NCBI GenBank assembly: GCA_965223545.1
Contig: OZ245006.1
Location: 3,744,001 to 3,808,000, forward strand
DNA from: Planctomycetota bacterium
GTDB lineage: Bacteria > Planctomycetota > UBA1135 > UBA2386
Length of the DNA stretch: 64,000 bases
Reading direction: 5' to 3'
Shown: positions 10,456 through 20,235 of the stretch, piece by piece
How the letters are laid out: each line of letters opens with the position of its first letter
Numbering within the stretch: the stretch's first letter is position 1
The notes under the pieces: generated by a model
Database searches by the model: none
What the model was told of the DNA's origin: nothing
Seen by the model: the letters and a program-made list of their open reading frames with translations, nothing else
Program-made: the position numbers and the translations under genes

Positions 10456-12519
10456 TCAGTTTGCGGCGCCGGCGCGTAGCTCGTCCAGCACCCGCTGCGC
10501 CTCATAGATCACCTGCAGCGATTCTTCGATCGCCTCGACGTGCACCGACACCGACCGCTGGCTGTCACTGCGAAAGACGAAGCGGTTGGCGAGCTGCTCG
10601 ATGTTCCCATCGAAGATCAAGCCGACGACGCGGAGCTCCGTATCCACCACCGGGCTGCCGGAGTTGCCGCCGATGATGTCGTTGGTGCTGACGAAGTTGA
10701 CCGCCTTGCGCATGTCGACGCGGTCTTGGCGTTCGAGCCACAGCTCCGGCAGGTGGAACGGGTCCTGATTGCCGAACTCGGTATTGCGTGCGAACAAGCC
10801 GTAGAACGTGGTGCGGTAGGGAGCCAGCGTCCCGTTGTAGGGGTAGCGCAGCACGCGGCCGTCGCTGAAGCGCAACGTCATCGTCGCATCCGGGCTGATC
10901 GAGTCCCCGTACACGGCATACAAGGCCTGGCCGACGAGCTGCTCCTGCGAAGCCTCGCGCGCCGCGATCTCCTCGGAACGCCGCAGGTTCTCCGCCATCA
11001 TCGGCACCAGCTGGCGCGCGACGACGACAGCGTGGTCTTCCGACGCGTTCACCGCCTCCATCCCGCCTCCGAGCAGCGCTTGCACCAGCTCCGGATCGCC
11101 GATCTTGCTACCGGCCAGCAGCACCGAGGCCATCGCCGCCGGACCATTGCCGGTCAACAACGCCACGTACGGGTCCTCCTCGCCGAGCCAACGCACCGCC
11201 AAGTTGACGTGATCGATGAACAGCGCCTGCTGCAACGGGCTCATGCCCACCTCGATCTCACCGACCATTTCGCGCGCGATCTCGCGCTCTTCCTCACTGG
11301 TCTGCGGATCGACGGCCTGCACGATGGCGACCGCCTTTGCCAGGTGCGGCGAATAGCTCGGCACTTGCAGCTGCAGCTTGGCCTCGAGCGCAGTCTTCTC
11401 GGCGGCGAGATCGGCCAGCGACGACCAGACTCCACCGAAACGCTCGGCCAGCGCGGGCTCGGCCTCGACGGCGGCGCGGAACTCCCCCTCGAACGCGCGC
11501 TTCTGCTGCATCAGGGTCTCGTCCTGCAGACCACCGAGATAACCGTCCAGCGCCTTCACCGAGTTTTCGTCGCCGAGAATGATCGTGCGCAGCTGCTCCT
11601 CGAGCACCGGAAACCGCCGGACGAAGTCGCGCAGGATCGCCAACCGGCTGCGCAACAAACCCAGCGTCACCGGGTAGTTCGCATCCCGCATGTACTCCAT
11701 CTGTGCCGTGGTCAGCAGCCGCCCGGTCGAGCCCGGATTGCCGGTGACGAACACCAAGTCCCCCTCGCCCGCACCGGCCGAGTTCCACCGGAAGTAGTGC
11801 GCGCCAGTGTCGGCGGGCTCGCCGTCGACGTAGGCCCGGCAGAAAGCGAAATCGATGCTGTAGCGCGGGTAGGTGAAGTTGTCGGGATCGCCACCGAAGT
11901 GCGCGGTCTGCAGATGCGGGGCACACACCAGCCGCACGTCGTCATAGACGTTGTAGAGGTAGAGGTGGTACGCGGCGCCTTGGTGCAGCTTGACGATCTC
12001 CGGCTTGAGGCCCGGGTGGTCCGCCTTGGCAGCGGCGAGGATCGCCTTCTGATTGGCATCCCGCTGCTCGGCCGCGGCCGCGTCGTCCAACCCCTCGGTG
12101 GCTTCGAGCATTGCTTGGGTGACGTCGCGGGTCGACGCCAGCTGCTGCACGGTCAGCCCCGGAATCCGCACCTCGTCTTCGAGCGATCGCGCGTAGAAGC
12201 CGTGCTTGACCCAGTCCTCCCCCGGCGGTGACACCTCGGCGATGTTGTCGCGCACGCAGTGGTGGTTGGTCATGATCAACCCCTTGGGCGACACGAACGA
12301 CGCCGAGCACCAATCGCCGAAGCGCAGTGAGGCCAGGCGGAGCGCGGCCAGCCAGTCGGCATCGGCTGCAAACCCGTACTCCTCTTCGAGATAGGCGAGC
12401 GGTGGGTTTTCGAACGTCCACATCTTGCCCAGCTCGAGCTGGATCTGGGCGCGTGTCGGGGCGGCGGCCAGGGCCAGGGCGATCAGCGCCGCGGGCCCAC
12501 GCAGAACGGTCATGTGCAT
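10456..12519 (-). CDS. S46 family dipeptidyl peptidase, paralogue 2
   Basis: Same S46 motifs (TNHHC, DIIGGNSGSP, FDGN); signal peptide; start 12519 or 12513. Confidence 0.92.
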   Translation of the reverse strand: MHMTVLRGPAALIALALAAAPTRAQIQLELGKMWTFENPPLAYLEEEYGFAADADWLAALRLASLRFGDWCSASFVSPKGLIMTNHHCVRDNIAEVSPPGEDWVKHGFYARSLEDEVRIPGLTVQQLASTRDVTQAMLEATEGLDDAAAAEQRDANQKAILAAAKADHPGLKPEIVKLHQGAAYHLYLYNVYDDVRLVCAPHLQTAHFGGDPDNFTYPRYSIDFAFCRAYVDGEPADTGAHYFRWNSAGAGEGDLVFVTGNPGSTGRLLTTAQMEYMRDANYPVTLGLLRSRLAILRDFVRRFPVLEEQLRTIILGDENSVKALDGYLGGLQDETLMQQKRAFEGEFRAAVEAEPALAERFGGVWSSLADLAAEKTALEAKLQLQVPSYSPHLAKAVAIVQAVDPQTSEEEREIAREMVGEIEVGMSPLQQALFIDHVNLAVRWLGEEDPYVALLTGNGPAAMASVLLAGSKIGDPELVQALLGGGMEAVNASEDHAVVVARQLVPMMAENLRRSEEIAAREASQEQLVGQALYAVYGDSISPDATMTLRFSDGRVLRYPYNGTLAPYRTTFYGLFARNTEFGNQDPFHLPELWLERQDRVDMRKAVNFVSTNDIIGGNSGSPVVDTELRVVGLIFDGNIEQLANRFVFRSDSQRSVSVHVEAIEESLQVIYEAQRVLDELRAGAAN

Positions 12520-12613
12520 GTCGCGAGTGGGTTGCCTGAAGGGATGGACCGCGAACAATACGCACGCTCCGGCGCCGGCGCGTGCGCAACTTCACCGTTC
12601 TGTCGGCGCGGAT

Positions 12614-13930
12614 TCAGGGCTGCACGCGCACGTGCACTCCGTTGCTCAAGATCGTCCCCACCAGGGCCTGGACGTAGACATCGATCCCGATCAGCGGGGT
12701 CAACGGCGAGCCGGGCAAGCTGACCACCGATCGGCCGGCTGCATCGAGGACGCCACCGGCGATCGGCGCCCACGGCGGTGCCAAGAACAGCCAGCCGAAC
12801 GGCGGCAGCGTCATGGTCGACTGGTTGAGGGCGGCCACCGCCGCATACGGGGCACCGGCACGGCCGCGCAGGTGCAGGTCCAGCGGACCGCCACCGCTCG
12901 GCCAGACCGGCACATCGACGGCCACCGGAGCACCGAAGCTCGCGGCACCGGCGAGCACCGTGCGCTCGATCGCCTCCCGGCCCAATTGGGTCAGCACCAG
13001 CGAGTGCGGCGTCGCGGGCACGAAGTCGTACAGCTTCTCGCCGGTCACGGCGTTGTAGAAGAGCAAGCCCGAGGTCACCGAGCCGGTGCAGTCCTGCGCG
13101 CCAAACAACAAGTGCACGCGCGTGTTCGGGTAGTGAGTGTCGGCGGCCGGGTGCAGGATGCTCTCTTCGAGATGCTCTCGTGGCGTCGGATTGGGCGAAC
13201 ACTTGATGCACAACGCCGGGCCGAAGATGCCGGACTGCGCACTGCACGACGGCTGGCCGCACTCGATCACGAAGGGTGGAAACAGCTGCGCGCACTGCGC
13301 AGGCCAAGACGCCGGCGGCGGCTGCGGACACATGAGGTCGTAGCGCGCCATCGGCGGTCCGCCGCTGAAGACCGCCAGATCGAGATACCGCTCCGCATTC
13401 CAGGTGCTCAGCGCGTAGCCGAGAACACCTGCCCCCGACGAGGTGCCGAGCGCGGCGAACATGCCCTCGGTGTGATACCGGTCGTGCACCCACGCCAACA
13501 GCGTCGCGAACCGGCACGACTGCTTGCGCACCGACAGCGGGTCGGAGAACCAACCCGGCGTCATCGCGTGGTCGACGACGCGAAAGCCGTGCGCCTGCAG
13601 CGCGAGCAACACCGGCAAGCCACCCGACTCCGAGCTGTAGAGGGCCTGCCCGGCACCGCCGTTGGCGAGGAGCAGCGTGCCCAAGAACGGCACTCCGGGC
13701 GGCGGCTCACTGATCTGCACGTGCGCCTGCACCGTCGGCAAGCCGGCGCAGTCGATCTGCAGCCCATCGTTCGTGGTGCGCGGGATGGGCTGCAAGCCGG
13801 GCACGCCGGTGAACAAGACCGTGACCGACCCCAGCGTCGTCGGCGGCCCCTCGGTGCACAGGGTCTGCGCGGAGGGCATCGCGGCGAGCGCGAGCACCCA
13901 AACAACGGGCCAGGTCGTCTTCATGAACAT
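12614..13930 (-). CDS. Secreted Cys-rich alpha/beta hydrolase with shared C-terminal domain
   Basis: GGGGAGAG RBS before MFMKTTW; nucleophile elbow GTSSG; GAQD and TPH candidate Asp/His; C-terminal LIG.DVYVQ...LSNG. Confidence 0.75.
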   Translation of the reverse strand: MFMKTTWPVVWVLALAAMPSAQTLCTEGPPTTLGSVTVLFTGVPGLQPIPRTTNDGLQIDCAGLPTVQAHVQISEPPPGVPFLGTLLLANGGAGQALYSSESGGLPVLLALQAHGFRVVDHAMTPGWFSDPLSVRKQSCRFATLLAWVHDRYHTEGMFAALGTSSGAGVLGYALSTWNAERYLDLAVFSGGPPMARYDLMCPQPPPASWPAQCAQLFPPFVIECGQPSCSAQSGIFGPALCIKCSPNPTPREHLEESILHPAADTHYPNTRVHLLFGAQDCTGSVTSGLLFYNAVTGEKLYDFVPATPHSLVLTQLGREAIERTVLAGAASFGAPVAVDVPVWPSGGGPLDLHLRGRAGAPYAAVAALNQSTMTLPPFGWLFLAPPWAPIAGGVLDAAGRSVVSLPGSPLTPLIGIDVYVQALVGTILSNGVHVRVQP

Positions 13931-14028
13931 CTCTCCCCAGAGAAAGCCGCGTTGACAACGCGACTTCCATGGTACTTGGGCCGGCTGCAAGGCCAACCCC
14001 CTGGCCCCCTGGGACCACGGGCTCGCAG

Positions 14029-15831
14029 CTACTTGCCAGGCCGCAACGCCATCGCCGCGAATCCGCACACCGCGGCCACGACCAAGCACACCCCCGCTTG
14101 ACCGTACTCGCCGAAGATCAGTGCGCCGGTGCCCGGCAGAGTCGCGTAGACCAGCCCCGCGCCGCAGAGCGCGGCGAGCACTGCGCGGCCGAGATCGCGA
14201 TCGACTTCGACTTCCGGACAACCCGCGGCGATCGGCCGCCAGCCCGGCCCGCCGGGCCGCACCTTGCGGAAGAAGCGCCGCAGATGGTCCCGGTCGTTGG
14301 CCGGCGTGGCGAAGGTCACCAAGAGCCACGCGGCGATGGTCAACGCCGCCACCATCGCCATCCGGTACTCGTCGCGGCGCAGGTCGGCGGGCAGCGCCTG
14401 GGTGAAACCATCGCGGCTCACCAACCAGTAGAAGCCGAGCGAGGCGACCATGGCCACGATCTCGGTCCACGCGTTGATGCGCCACCAGAACCAGCGCAGC
14501 ATGAAGACCGCGCCGGTGCCGGCGCCGAGCGCGGCCAAGAACTTCCACGCCTCGTCGACCGAGAGTCCGGCTCGGTTCATCCAGTAGGCCACGCCGGCGC
14601 CCACGGCGAGCACGAGCACCGACGCTGCTCGGGAGACCCGCGCCAGCTGACGATCCGAGGCGCCCGGTCGGGAGAAGCGGTGATACACGTCGTTGACCAG
14701 GTAGCTCGCCCCCCAGTTCATCTGCGTGCTGATCGTCGACATGAACGCCGCGAAGAACGTCACCAGCATCAAGCCGCGCAGGCCCTCCGGCGCCAGCTCG
14801 GCCATCACCCTGGGAAAGCCGACGCCCGGGTCGGTGTCGGCGCTGGTGTCGGTCGCCCAGGTGCGCAACTCCGGATACATCGCCAGCGCGGCGAACGCCA
14901 CCATCAGCCACGGCCACGGCCGCACGCAGTAATGCGCGACCTGGTACCAGAGCGTCGCCAACGTCGCGTGGCGCTCGTCCCGACAAGCGGCCATCCGCTG
15001 CACTACGTAGCCACCGCCACCGGGCTCGGCGCCCGGATACCACGTCGCCCACCACTGCACGAACAGCATCACGGAGAACACGCCGACCGGCATCCACGGA
15101 TCCTGCGCGGTGAAGTCGGGGAGGAAGTGGAACGCCTGGTCGCTGCCGAAGTTGGTGGTCACCCGTTCGCGCAGCGCGTCGATGCCGCCGACGTGGTCGA
15201 CCGCGAGCCATGCCAGGGCGATGCAACCGCCCATCGCCAAGAAGAACTGGATGAAATCGGTGACCGCGACCCCCCACATGCCGGACAGCACGCTGTAGAT
15301 GCCGACGATCGCCAGCAGACCGACGATCAGCCACAAGTCGGTGGAGTCGTCCGCCGGCAGGTCGGCAAGCACCGTGTAGCGCAGCACCTTGACCATGGCG
15401 CCGGTGACCCAGCCGATGATGATCGAGTTGATCAACAGAGCGACGTAGATCGAGCGGAAGCCGCGCAGGAACGCCGCCGCCCGGCCGCTGTAGCGCAGCT
15501 CGATCAGCTCGACGTCGGTCATCACCTCGGCGCGGCGCCACAACCGCGCGTAGACGAAGACGGTGAACATGCCGCCCAGCGCAAACGCCCACCAGAACCA
15601 GTTGCCGGCCAATCCGTCCTTGGCCACGATCCCGGTCACCGCCAAGGGCGTGTCGGCGGCGAACGTGGTCGCCACCATCGAGGTGCCCGCCAGCCACCAC
15701 GGCATGGCGCGGCCGGAGACGAAGAACTCCGCCGCGCTCGAGCCCGCGCGGCGCGACAGCGCGGCGCCGATGCCGAGCACGACGGCGAAGTAGCCGGCGA
15801 TGATCGCCCAATCGAGGGTGCTGAGCTGCAT
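14029..15831 (-). CDS. Sodium:solute symporter family transporter
   Basis: FFVSGR.MPWW, SMVATTFAADTPL, VVQR, AAFMST; many TM helices. Confidence 0.93.
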   Translation of the reverse strand: MQLSTLDWAIIAGYFAVVLGIGAALSRRAGSSAAEFFVSGRAMPWWLAGTSMVATTFAADTPLAVTGIVAKDGLAGNWFWWAFALGGMFTVFVYARLWRRAEVMTDVELIELRYSGRAAAFLRGFRSIYVALLINSIIIGWVTGAMVKVLRYTVLADLPADDSTDLWLIVGLLAIVGIYSVLSGMWGVAVTDFIQFFLAMGGCIALAWLAVDHVGGIDALRERVTTNFGSDQAFHFLPDFTAQDPWMPVGVFSVMLFVQWWATWYPGAEPGGGGYVVQRMAACRDERHATLATLWYQVAHYCVRPWPWLMVAFAALAMYPELRTWATDTSADTDPGVGFPRVMAELAPEGLRGLMLVTFFAAFMSTISTQMNWGASYLVNDVYHRFSRPGASDRQLARVSRAASVLVLAVGAGVAYWMNRAGLSVDEAWKFLAALGAGTGAVFMLRWFWWRINAWTEIVAMVASLGFYWLVSRDGFTQALPADLRRDEYRMAMVAALTIAAWLLVTFATPANDRDHLRRFFRKVRPGGPGWRPIAAGCPEVEVDRDLGRAVLAALCGAGLVYATLPGTGALIFGEYGQAGVCLVVAAVCGFAAMALRPGK

Positions 15832-15936
15832 CGGCGCCCAGTCAACGCGGCCGGCCGGGCCCGCGCATCAGGAATCATGGAATCCATGCTCGACCAGCCT
15901 GCGGGGCGGGCGGTAACCGCGTATGACTGACCACAC

Positions 15937-17235
15937 ATGAACCGCCTCAGGCTTCCACTGTTGTTGTGCTGCGCGCTCGCCGGCGAGGGCCTCGCCCAAG
16001 AGCGACCCGTGGCGCTGGTCGGCGCCCGCATCCTGCCGGTGACCGGACCGGCGATCGACGCGGGCGTCCTGGTCGTGCAGGACGGGGTGATCGCCGCGAT
16101 CGGTGACCGGGACACCGCGGTCCCCGCCGACGCCGAGCGCATCGACGCCAGCGGCAAGACGATCATCCCCGGTCTCGTCTGCACCCACAGCCACGTCGGC
16201 GGGCCGGGCGGCGCCGACTCGAGCGCGCCTCTGCAGCCCGAGTGCCGCGTGCTGGACAGCATCAACGTGCGCGACGCCGGACTGCACAAGGCGCGCGCCG
16301 GTGGGCTGACGACGCTCAACATCATGCCGGGCTCGGGCCACTTGCTGAGCGGTCAAACGGTCTACGTCAAGCTGCGAGCTGGCGACACGATCGAGGAGCT
16401 GGCGCTGCGCCTCGACGACGGCTCCTTCGCCGGTGGCATCAAGATGGCCAACGGCACCAATCCGATGCGCGCGGCGCCGTTTCCCGGCACCCGCGGCAAG
16501 TCGGCGGCGCTGGTTCGCGCGCTGTTCACCAAGGCGCGCCGCTACGCCGAGAAGCTCGCCGCCGCCGATGAGGGCGCCCAGCCCGACCGCGATCTGGCAC
16601 TCGAGCCGCTGGTCGAAGTGCTCGCCGGCAAGCGCGTCGTGCACCACCACACCCACCGCCACGACGACATCCTCACCGTGCTGCGCATCGCCGATGAGTT
16701 CGGCTTCCGCGTCGTGCTGCACCACGTCAGCGATGCGTGGAAGGTCGCCGACGAGATCGCCGCGGCCGGAGTGCCGTGCTCGGTGATCCTCGTCGACAGC
16801 CCCGGCGGCAAGCTGGAGGCGATGGACATCGCGCTGGAGAACGGCGCGGTGCTGGAGCGCGCCGGCGTCGACACCGCATTCCACACCGACGACGGCATCA
16901 CCGACTCGCGGGTGTTCTTGCGCATGGCCGCGCTCGCGGTGCGCGCCGGCATGTCGCGGCAGAAAGCGCTGGAGGCGTTGACTCTGGTCGGCGCGCGCAT
17001 TCTCGAGCTGGAGGACCGCATCGGCAGCCTGGAGGTCGGCAAGGATGCGGACCTCGCGGTGCTGTCGGGCGACCCTTTCAGCGTCTACACCAAAGTCGAG
17101 CAAACCTGGGTCGACGGGCAGCTCGTGTTCGACCGCAGTCGGCCCGAGGACCGGCTGGCGGCCGAGGGCGGCATGGGAGCGAGCGACGACCAGGCTTGGT
17201 ATCTGTGCTGCGCCCAAAAGGGCGCGCAGGAGTAG
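15937..17235 (+). CDS. Secreted amidohydrolase family protein
   Basis: IIPGLVCTHSH, HTHR, HHV, HTDD, IGSLEVGKDAD. Confidence 0.9.
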   Translation: MNRLRLPLLLCCALAGEGLAQERPVALVGARILPVTGPAIDAGVLVVQDGVIAAIGDRDTAVPADAERIDASGKTIIPGLVCTHSHVGGPGGADSSAPLQPECRVLDSINVRDAGLHKARAGGLTTLNIMPGSGHLLSGQTVYVKLRAGDTIEELALRLDDGSFAGGIKMANGTNPMRAAPFPGTRGKSAALVRALFTKARRYAEKLAAADEGAQPDRDLALEPLVEVLAGKRVVHHHTHRHDDILTVLRIADEFGFRVVLHHVSDAWKVADEIAAAGVPCSVILVDSPGGKLEAMDIALENGAVLERAGVDTAFHTDDGITDSRVFLRMAALAVRAGMSRQKALEALTLVGARILELEDRIGSLEVGKDADLAVLSGDPFSVYTKVEQTWVDGQLVFDRSRPEDRLAAEGGMGASDDQAWYLCCAQKGAQE

Positions 17236-17239
17236 GGCG

Positions 17240-18466
17240 ATGTCGAGATTCGATGCGATCGTCGGACGGGCCTGTCTCGCAATCCTGCCGGTCCTCCTGA
17301 GCACTGCGCCCGCACAGGTCGCGGTCCGCGGCGACACCGTCCACCCGGTGTCTGGACCACCGATCACCGACGGGGTCGTGGTGGTGCAGGACGGCCGGAT
17401 CACCGCGATCGGTCCGGCCGCCTCGACGCCGATCCCCGAGGGGTTGCGCGTGCTTCGCGCCGCGGTCGTCACGCCCGGCTTGATCGACGCGCATTCGGTG
17501 ATCGGTCTCGCCGGCTACCTCAACCAAGATCAAGATCAGGACCAGCTAGAGCGGAGTGCCGCCACGCAGCCCGAGCTGCGCGCGCTGGATGCCTACAACC
17601 CGCGGGAGCGCCTGGTCGAATGGGTGCGCGGCTTCGGTGTCACGACCCTGCACACGGGCCACGCCCCCGGCGCGCTGGTTCCCGGCCAGACCATCGTGGT
17701 CAAGACGCGCGGCAACAGCGTCGAGGCCGCACTGCTCGACGACTACGCCGCCCTGGCGGTGACGCTCGGCAGCGGCGGCCTCGGCCGCGAGGGCAAGTCG
17801 CCCGGCACGCGCGGCAAGGACGTCGCCATGCTGCGCTCGCTGCTCACCAAGGCCCGCGGCTACGCCGCCAAGCGCGACGCCGCCGATGGCGACAAGCAGC
17901 CCGACGTCGACCTTCGCCTCGAGGCCCTGCTGCCCGTGCTCGCCGGCGAGGTCCCGCTGCTGGTCACCGCCCACCGCCAGCTGGACATCCAGTCGGCGCT
18001 CCGGCTGCGCGAGGAGTTCGGCTTCAAGCTGCTGCTCGACGGTGGCGCCGAGGCCCACCAGATGCTCGACGCGCTGCGGGCGGCCGAAGTGCCGGTGATC
18101 GCCCACGCCCCCCTGGCTCGCCACCGCGGCGACCTGCAAAACGCGACGTTCGAGCTCGGCGCGCTGCTCGAGGGCGCCGACATTCCGTTCGCCTACCAGA
18201 GCGGCTACGAGAGCTACGTGCCCAAGACGCGGGTAGTGCTGTTCGAAGCCGCGATCGGCGCCGCCCACGGGCTGGGCTTCGACGGCGCGCTGCGCGCGAT
18301 CACGCTGGCGCCGGCGCGGATTCTGGGGCTGGCGGACCGCATCGGCAGCCTCGAAGTGGGCAAGGATGGCGACCTGGCGCTCTACGACGGCGACCCGTTC
18401 GAGTACACGTCGCACTGCGTGGCGACGGTGATCGAGGGGGAGGTGGTGTTCGAGGGTCGCCGTTAG
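17240..18466 (+). CDS. Secreted amidohydrolase family protein, paralogue
   Basis: VTPGLIDAHS, IGSLEVGKDGD; ATG 4 nt after the upstream stop. Confidence 0.9.
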   Translation: MSRFDAIVGRACLAILPVLLSTAPAQVAVRGDTVHPVSGPPITDGVVVVQDGRITAIGPAASTPIPEGLRVLRAAVVTPGLIDAHSVIGLAGYLNQDQDQDQLERSAATQPELRALDAYNPRERLVEWVRGFGVTTLHTGHAPGALVPGQTIVVKTRGNSVEAALLDDYAALAVTLGSGGLGREGKSPGTRGKDVAMLRSLLTKARGYAAKRDAADGDKQPDVDLRLEALLPVLAGEVPLLVTAHRQLDIQSALRLREEFGFKLLLDGGAEAHQMLDALRAAEVPVIAHAPLARHRGDLQNATFELGALLEGADIPFAYQSGYESYVPKTRVVLFEAAIGAAHGLGFDGALRAITLAPARILGLADRIGSLEVGKDGDLALYDGDPFEYTSHCVATVIEGEVVFEGRR

Positions 18467-18589
18467 CGGCCGGATCGACGCTCAGCCCCGACCCCGGCCA
18501 GCGCCCCAGCGAGGTCCATTTTGCTGAAACTATCGGGCGGGGGGCCGACACTCACTCCACCCCCAGCTCTGGCTCGAAGACGCAACAGA

Positions 18590-20209
18590 ATGAGAATCGC
18601 TCACCTCGTCACTTGGTGCACCCTGGTCTCCGTTCTCCCGTCGCAGGGCGGGATCCCCCTGTTCGGCGCCAAGTACCTCGGCGGTGAGTTCGAGGAAGAT
18701 GCCGCCGCGCACCCCGTGAGCCGCGCTTGGCCTTCGAGCCTGCCGCGGGCGGGCGCGTTCCGCCAGGTGGTCGCCGCACGATGGACCGCGCAGGTGAGAC
18801 CCGACGCCATCGCGTTGACCGGCGATGAGCTGGTGATCTTCGCGGCGCCCGGGATCCACTCCCACATCGGCACCGTCCCGGGCACGGATGGCCTATCCGT
18901 CCTCGATGTCGCCACCGTGCGCGGCCGCGGGACTCCGGACGACTCCAATCCCGCCCACGACGCCCTGGCACTGGCGTGTGCCAGCGGGCTGAGCATCCTG
19001 CGCTTCGACCCTCTGACCGAAGCTGCTTCCGTGGAGACCGTCTCGAGCTCGACGTGGAGCGGAGCGACACGAATCGCGGTGCATCCCACCGACCCGACGG
19101 CGATCTTCGGCATCAGCGCGGACAACGAGCTGCTCGTCGCGCTGGACAACGGCTCGGGCTACGCCGATGCGTCACTCATCACGCCCCTGTCACAGAACGT
19201 CTTTGCGATCGAGTGCTGCGATTGGGAGGGCGATGGACAGTCCGAGGTGGCGGTACTGACCGACCAGGGCTTGACCGTGTACGACCGGCTGGGCGGCATC
19301 CGCGCCGCGTTCGCCGAGGACACCGGCGCGGGCGCATTGGCCCTTCTGTCGGGCCCCACTGCCGAAGATCAGTTGGCGTGGCTGCGATCGGTCGACAACT
19401 CGCCAGAAGTCGCCGTGGTCGGCCAGATCGTCGCCGCGCCGATGGTGACGCCCCTCGCCCAGGACTACGTCGCGATCACCGCCGCGGACTGGACGCAGAG
19501 TGGCACTCCCGACCTCATGCTGTCGACCGCGGACAATCGCGCAGCGACGCTCCTGTTCAATTCTGGCAGCGAGGTGCCTCAGTACCAACACGCGCCCGGC
19601 ACAGCTGTGGACGTCGCGACGTCGGTGACTGCGACCCGGATCGCCAACACGTGTGCGCCGGTGGCCGACGACTTCGACGGCGACTCCGACATCGACGTGT
19701 TCATGCCGGTCGAGGGCTCGACCGCGCAGTCGATCGACTGCAGCTACACGTGGATTCAGTCCAAAGTCATCCACGGTCAACCGAGCTACGTGACCGGATT
19801 GCTCGCCTCGACCCCCAGCGTGACGTTGACACTCAACCACGTCCCCGGAGCCACCCACATGCAAGTCGTGTACTGGGCGGTTGACGTCACCGGACAGCTC
19901 TCTCCCAAGCCGACGCAATCTGCACTGGTCGCGCCCGAGTTCACCGAATGGACAACCGTGGTCAGTCAGGGCCACCTCGACGCCGGCGGGACTTACGTGA
20001 TCATGGTCCGCCCCGTTCTCGCCTCGAAAGGCATCGTTACCGACGCCAACCCCGCCGAGTTGATCGAGATCCAAACGGACTACACACCTCCCCCGACCCC
20101 GGCAGGCGGAGTCAAATTCTTTGTCGGAGGCACGCGAATCACCGGAGGTACCGTGACGCCCGAAGTCCCGCCCGGACCTCCGCCGGGAAATCCGCCGACC
20201 GTGGACTGA
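18590..20209 (+). CDS. Secreted FG-GAP/VCBS-repeat protein with Pro-rich tail
   Basis: DWEGDGQSE, DWTQSGTPD, DFDGDSDID Ca-binding-like loops; signal peptide. Confidence 0.75.
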   Translation: MRIAHLVTWCTLVSVLPSQGGIPLFGAKYLGGEFEEDAAAHPVSRAWPSSLPRAGAFRQVVAARWTAQVRPDAIALTGDELVIFAAPGIHSHIGTVPGTDGLSVLDVATVRGRGTPDDSNPAHDALALACASGLSILRFDPLTEAASVETVSSSTWSGATRIAVHPTDPTAIFGISADNELLVALDNGSGYADASLITPLSQNVFAIECCDWEGDGQSEVAVLTDQGLTVYDRLGGIRAAFAEDTGAGALALLSGPTAEDQLAWLRSVDNSPEVAVVGQIVAAPMVTPLAQDYVAITAADWTQSGTPDLMLSTADNRAATLLFNSGSEVPQYQHAPGTAVDVATSVTATRIANTCAPVADDFDGDSDIDVFMPVEGSTAQSIDCSYTWIQSKVIHGQPSYVTGLLASTPSVTLTLNHVPGATHMQVVYWAVDVTGQLSPKPTQSALVAPEFTEWTTVVSQGHLDAGGTYVIMVRPVLASKGIVTDANPAELIEIQTDYTPPPTPAGGVKFFVGGTRITGGTVTPEVPPGPPPGNPPTVD

Positions 20210-20235
20210 CGAGGAGAGCAGCCCGGGGGCCCCAT

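Noticed and set aside
7416..10676. 1086-aa plus-strand ORF (and similar long ORFs at 33462-36968 +, 25826-28450 +, 36970-39024 -)
   Set aside because: Antisense shadows of well-supported genes; stop-poor frames are expected at this GC content and show no family motifs.
12614..15811. 1065-aa ORF suggesting a large fusion
   Set aside because: The first ~627 codons overlap the symporter in another frame; RBS and signal peptide place the start at 13930.
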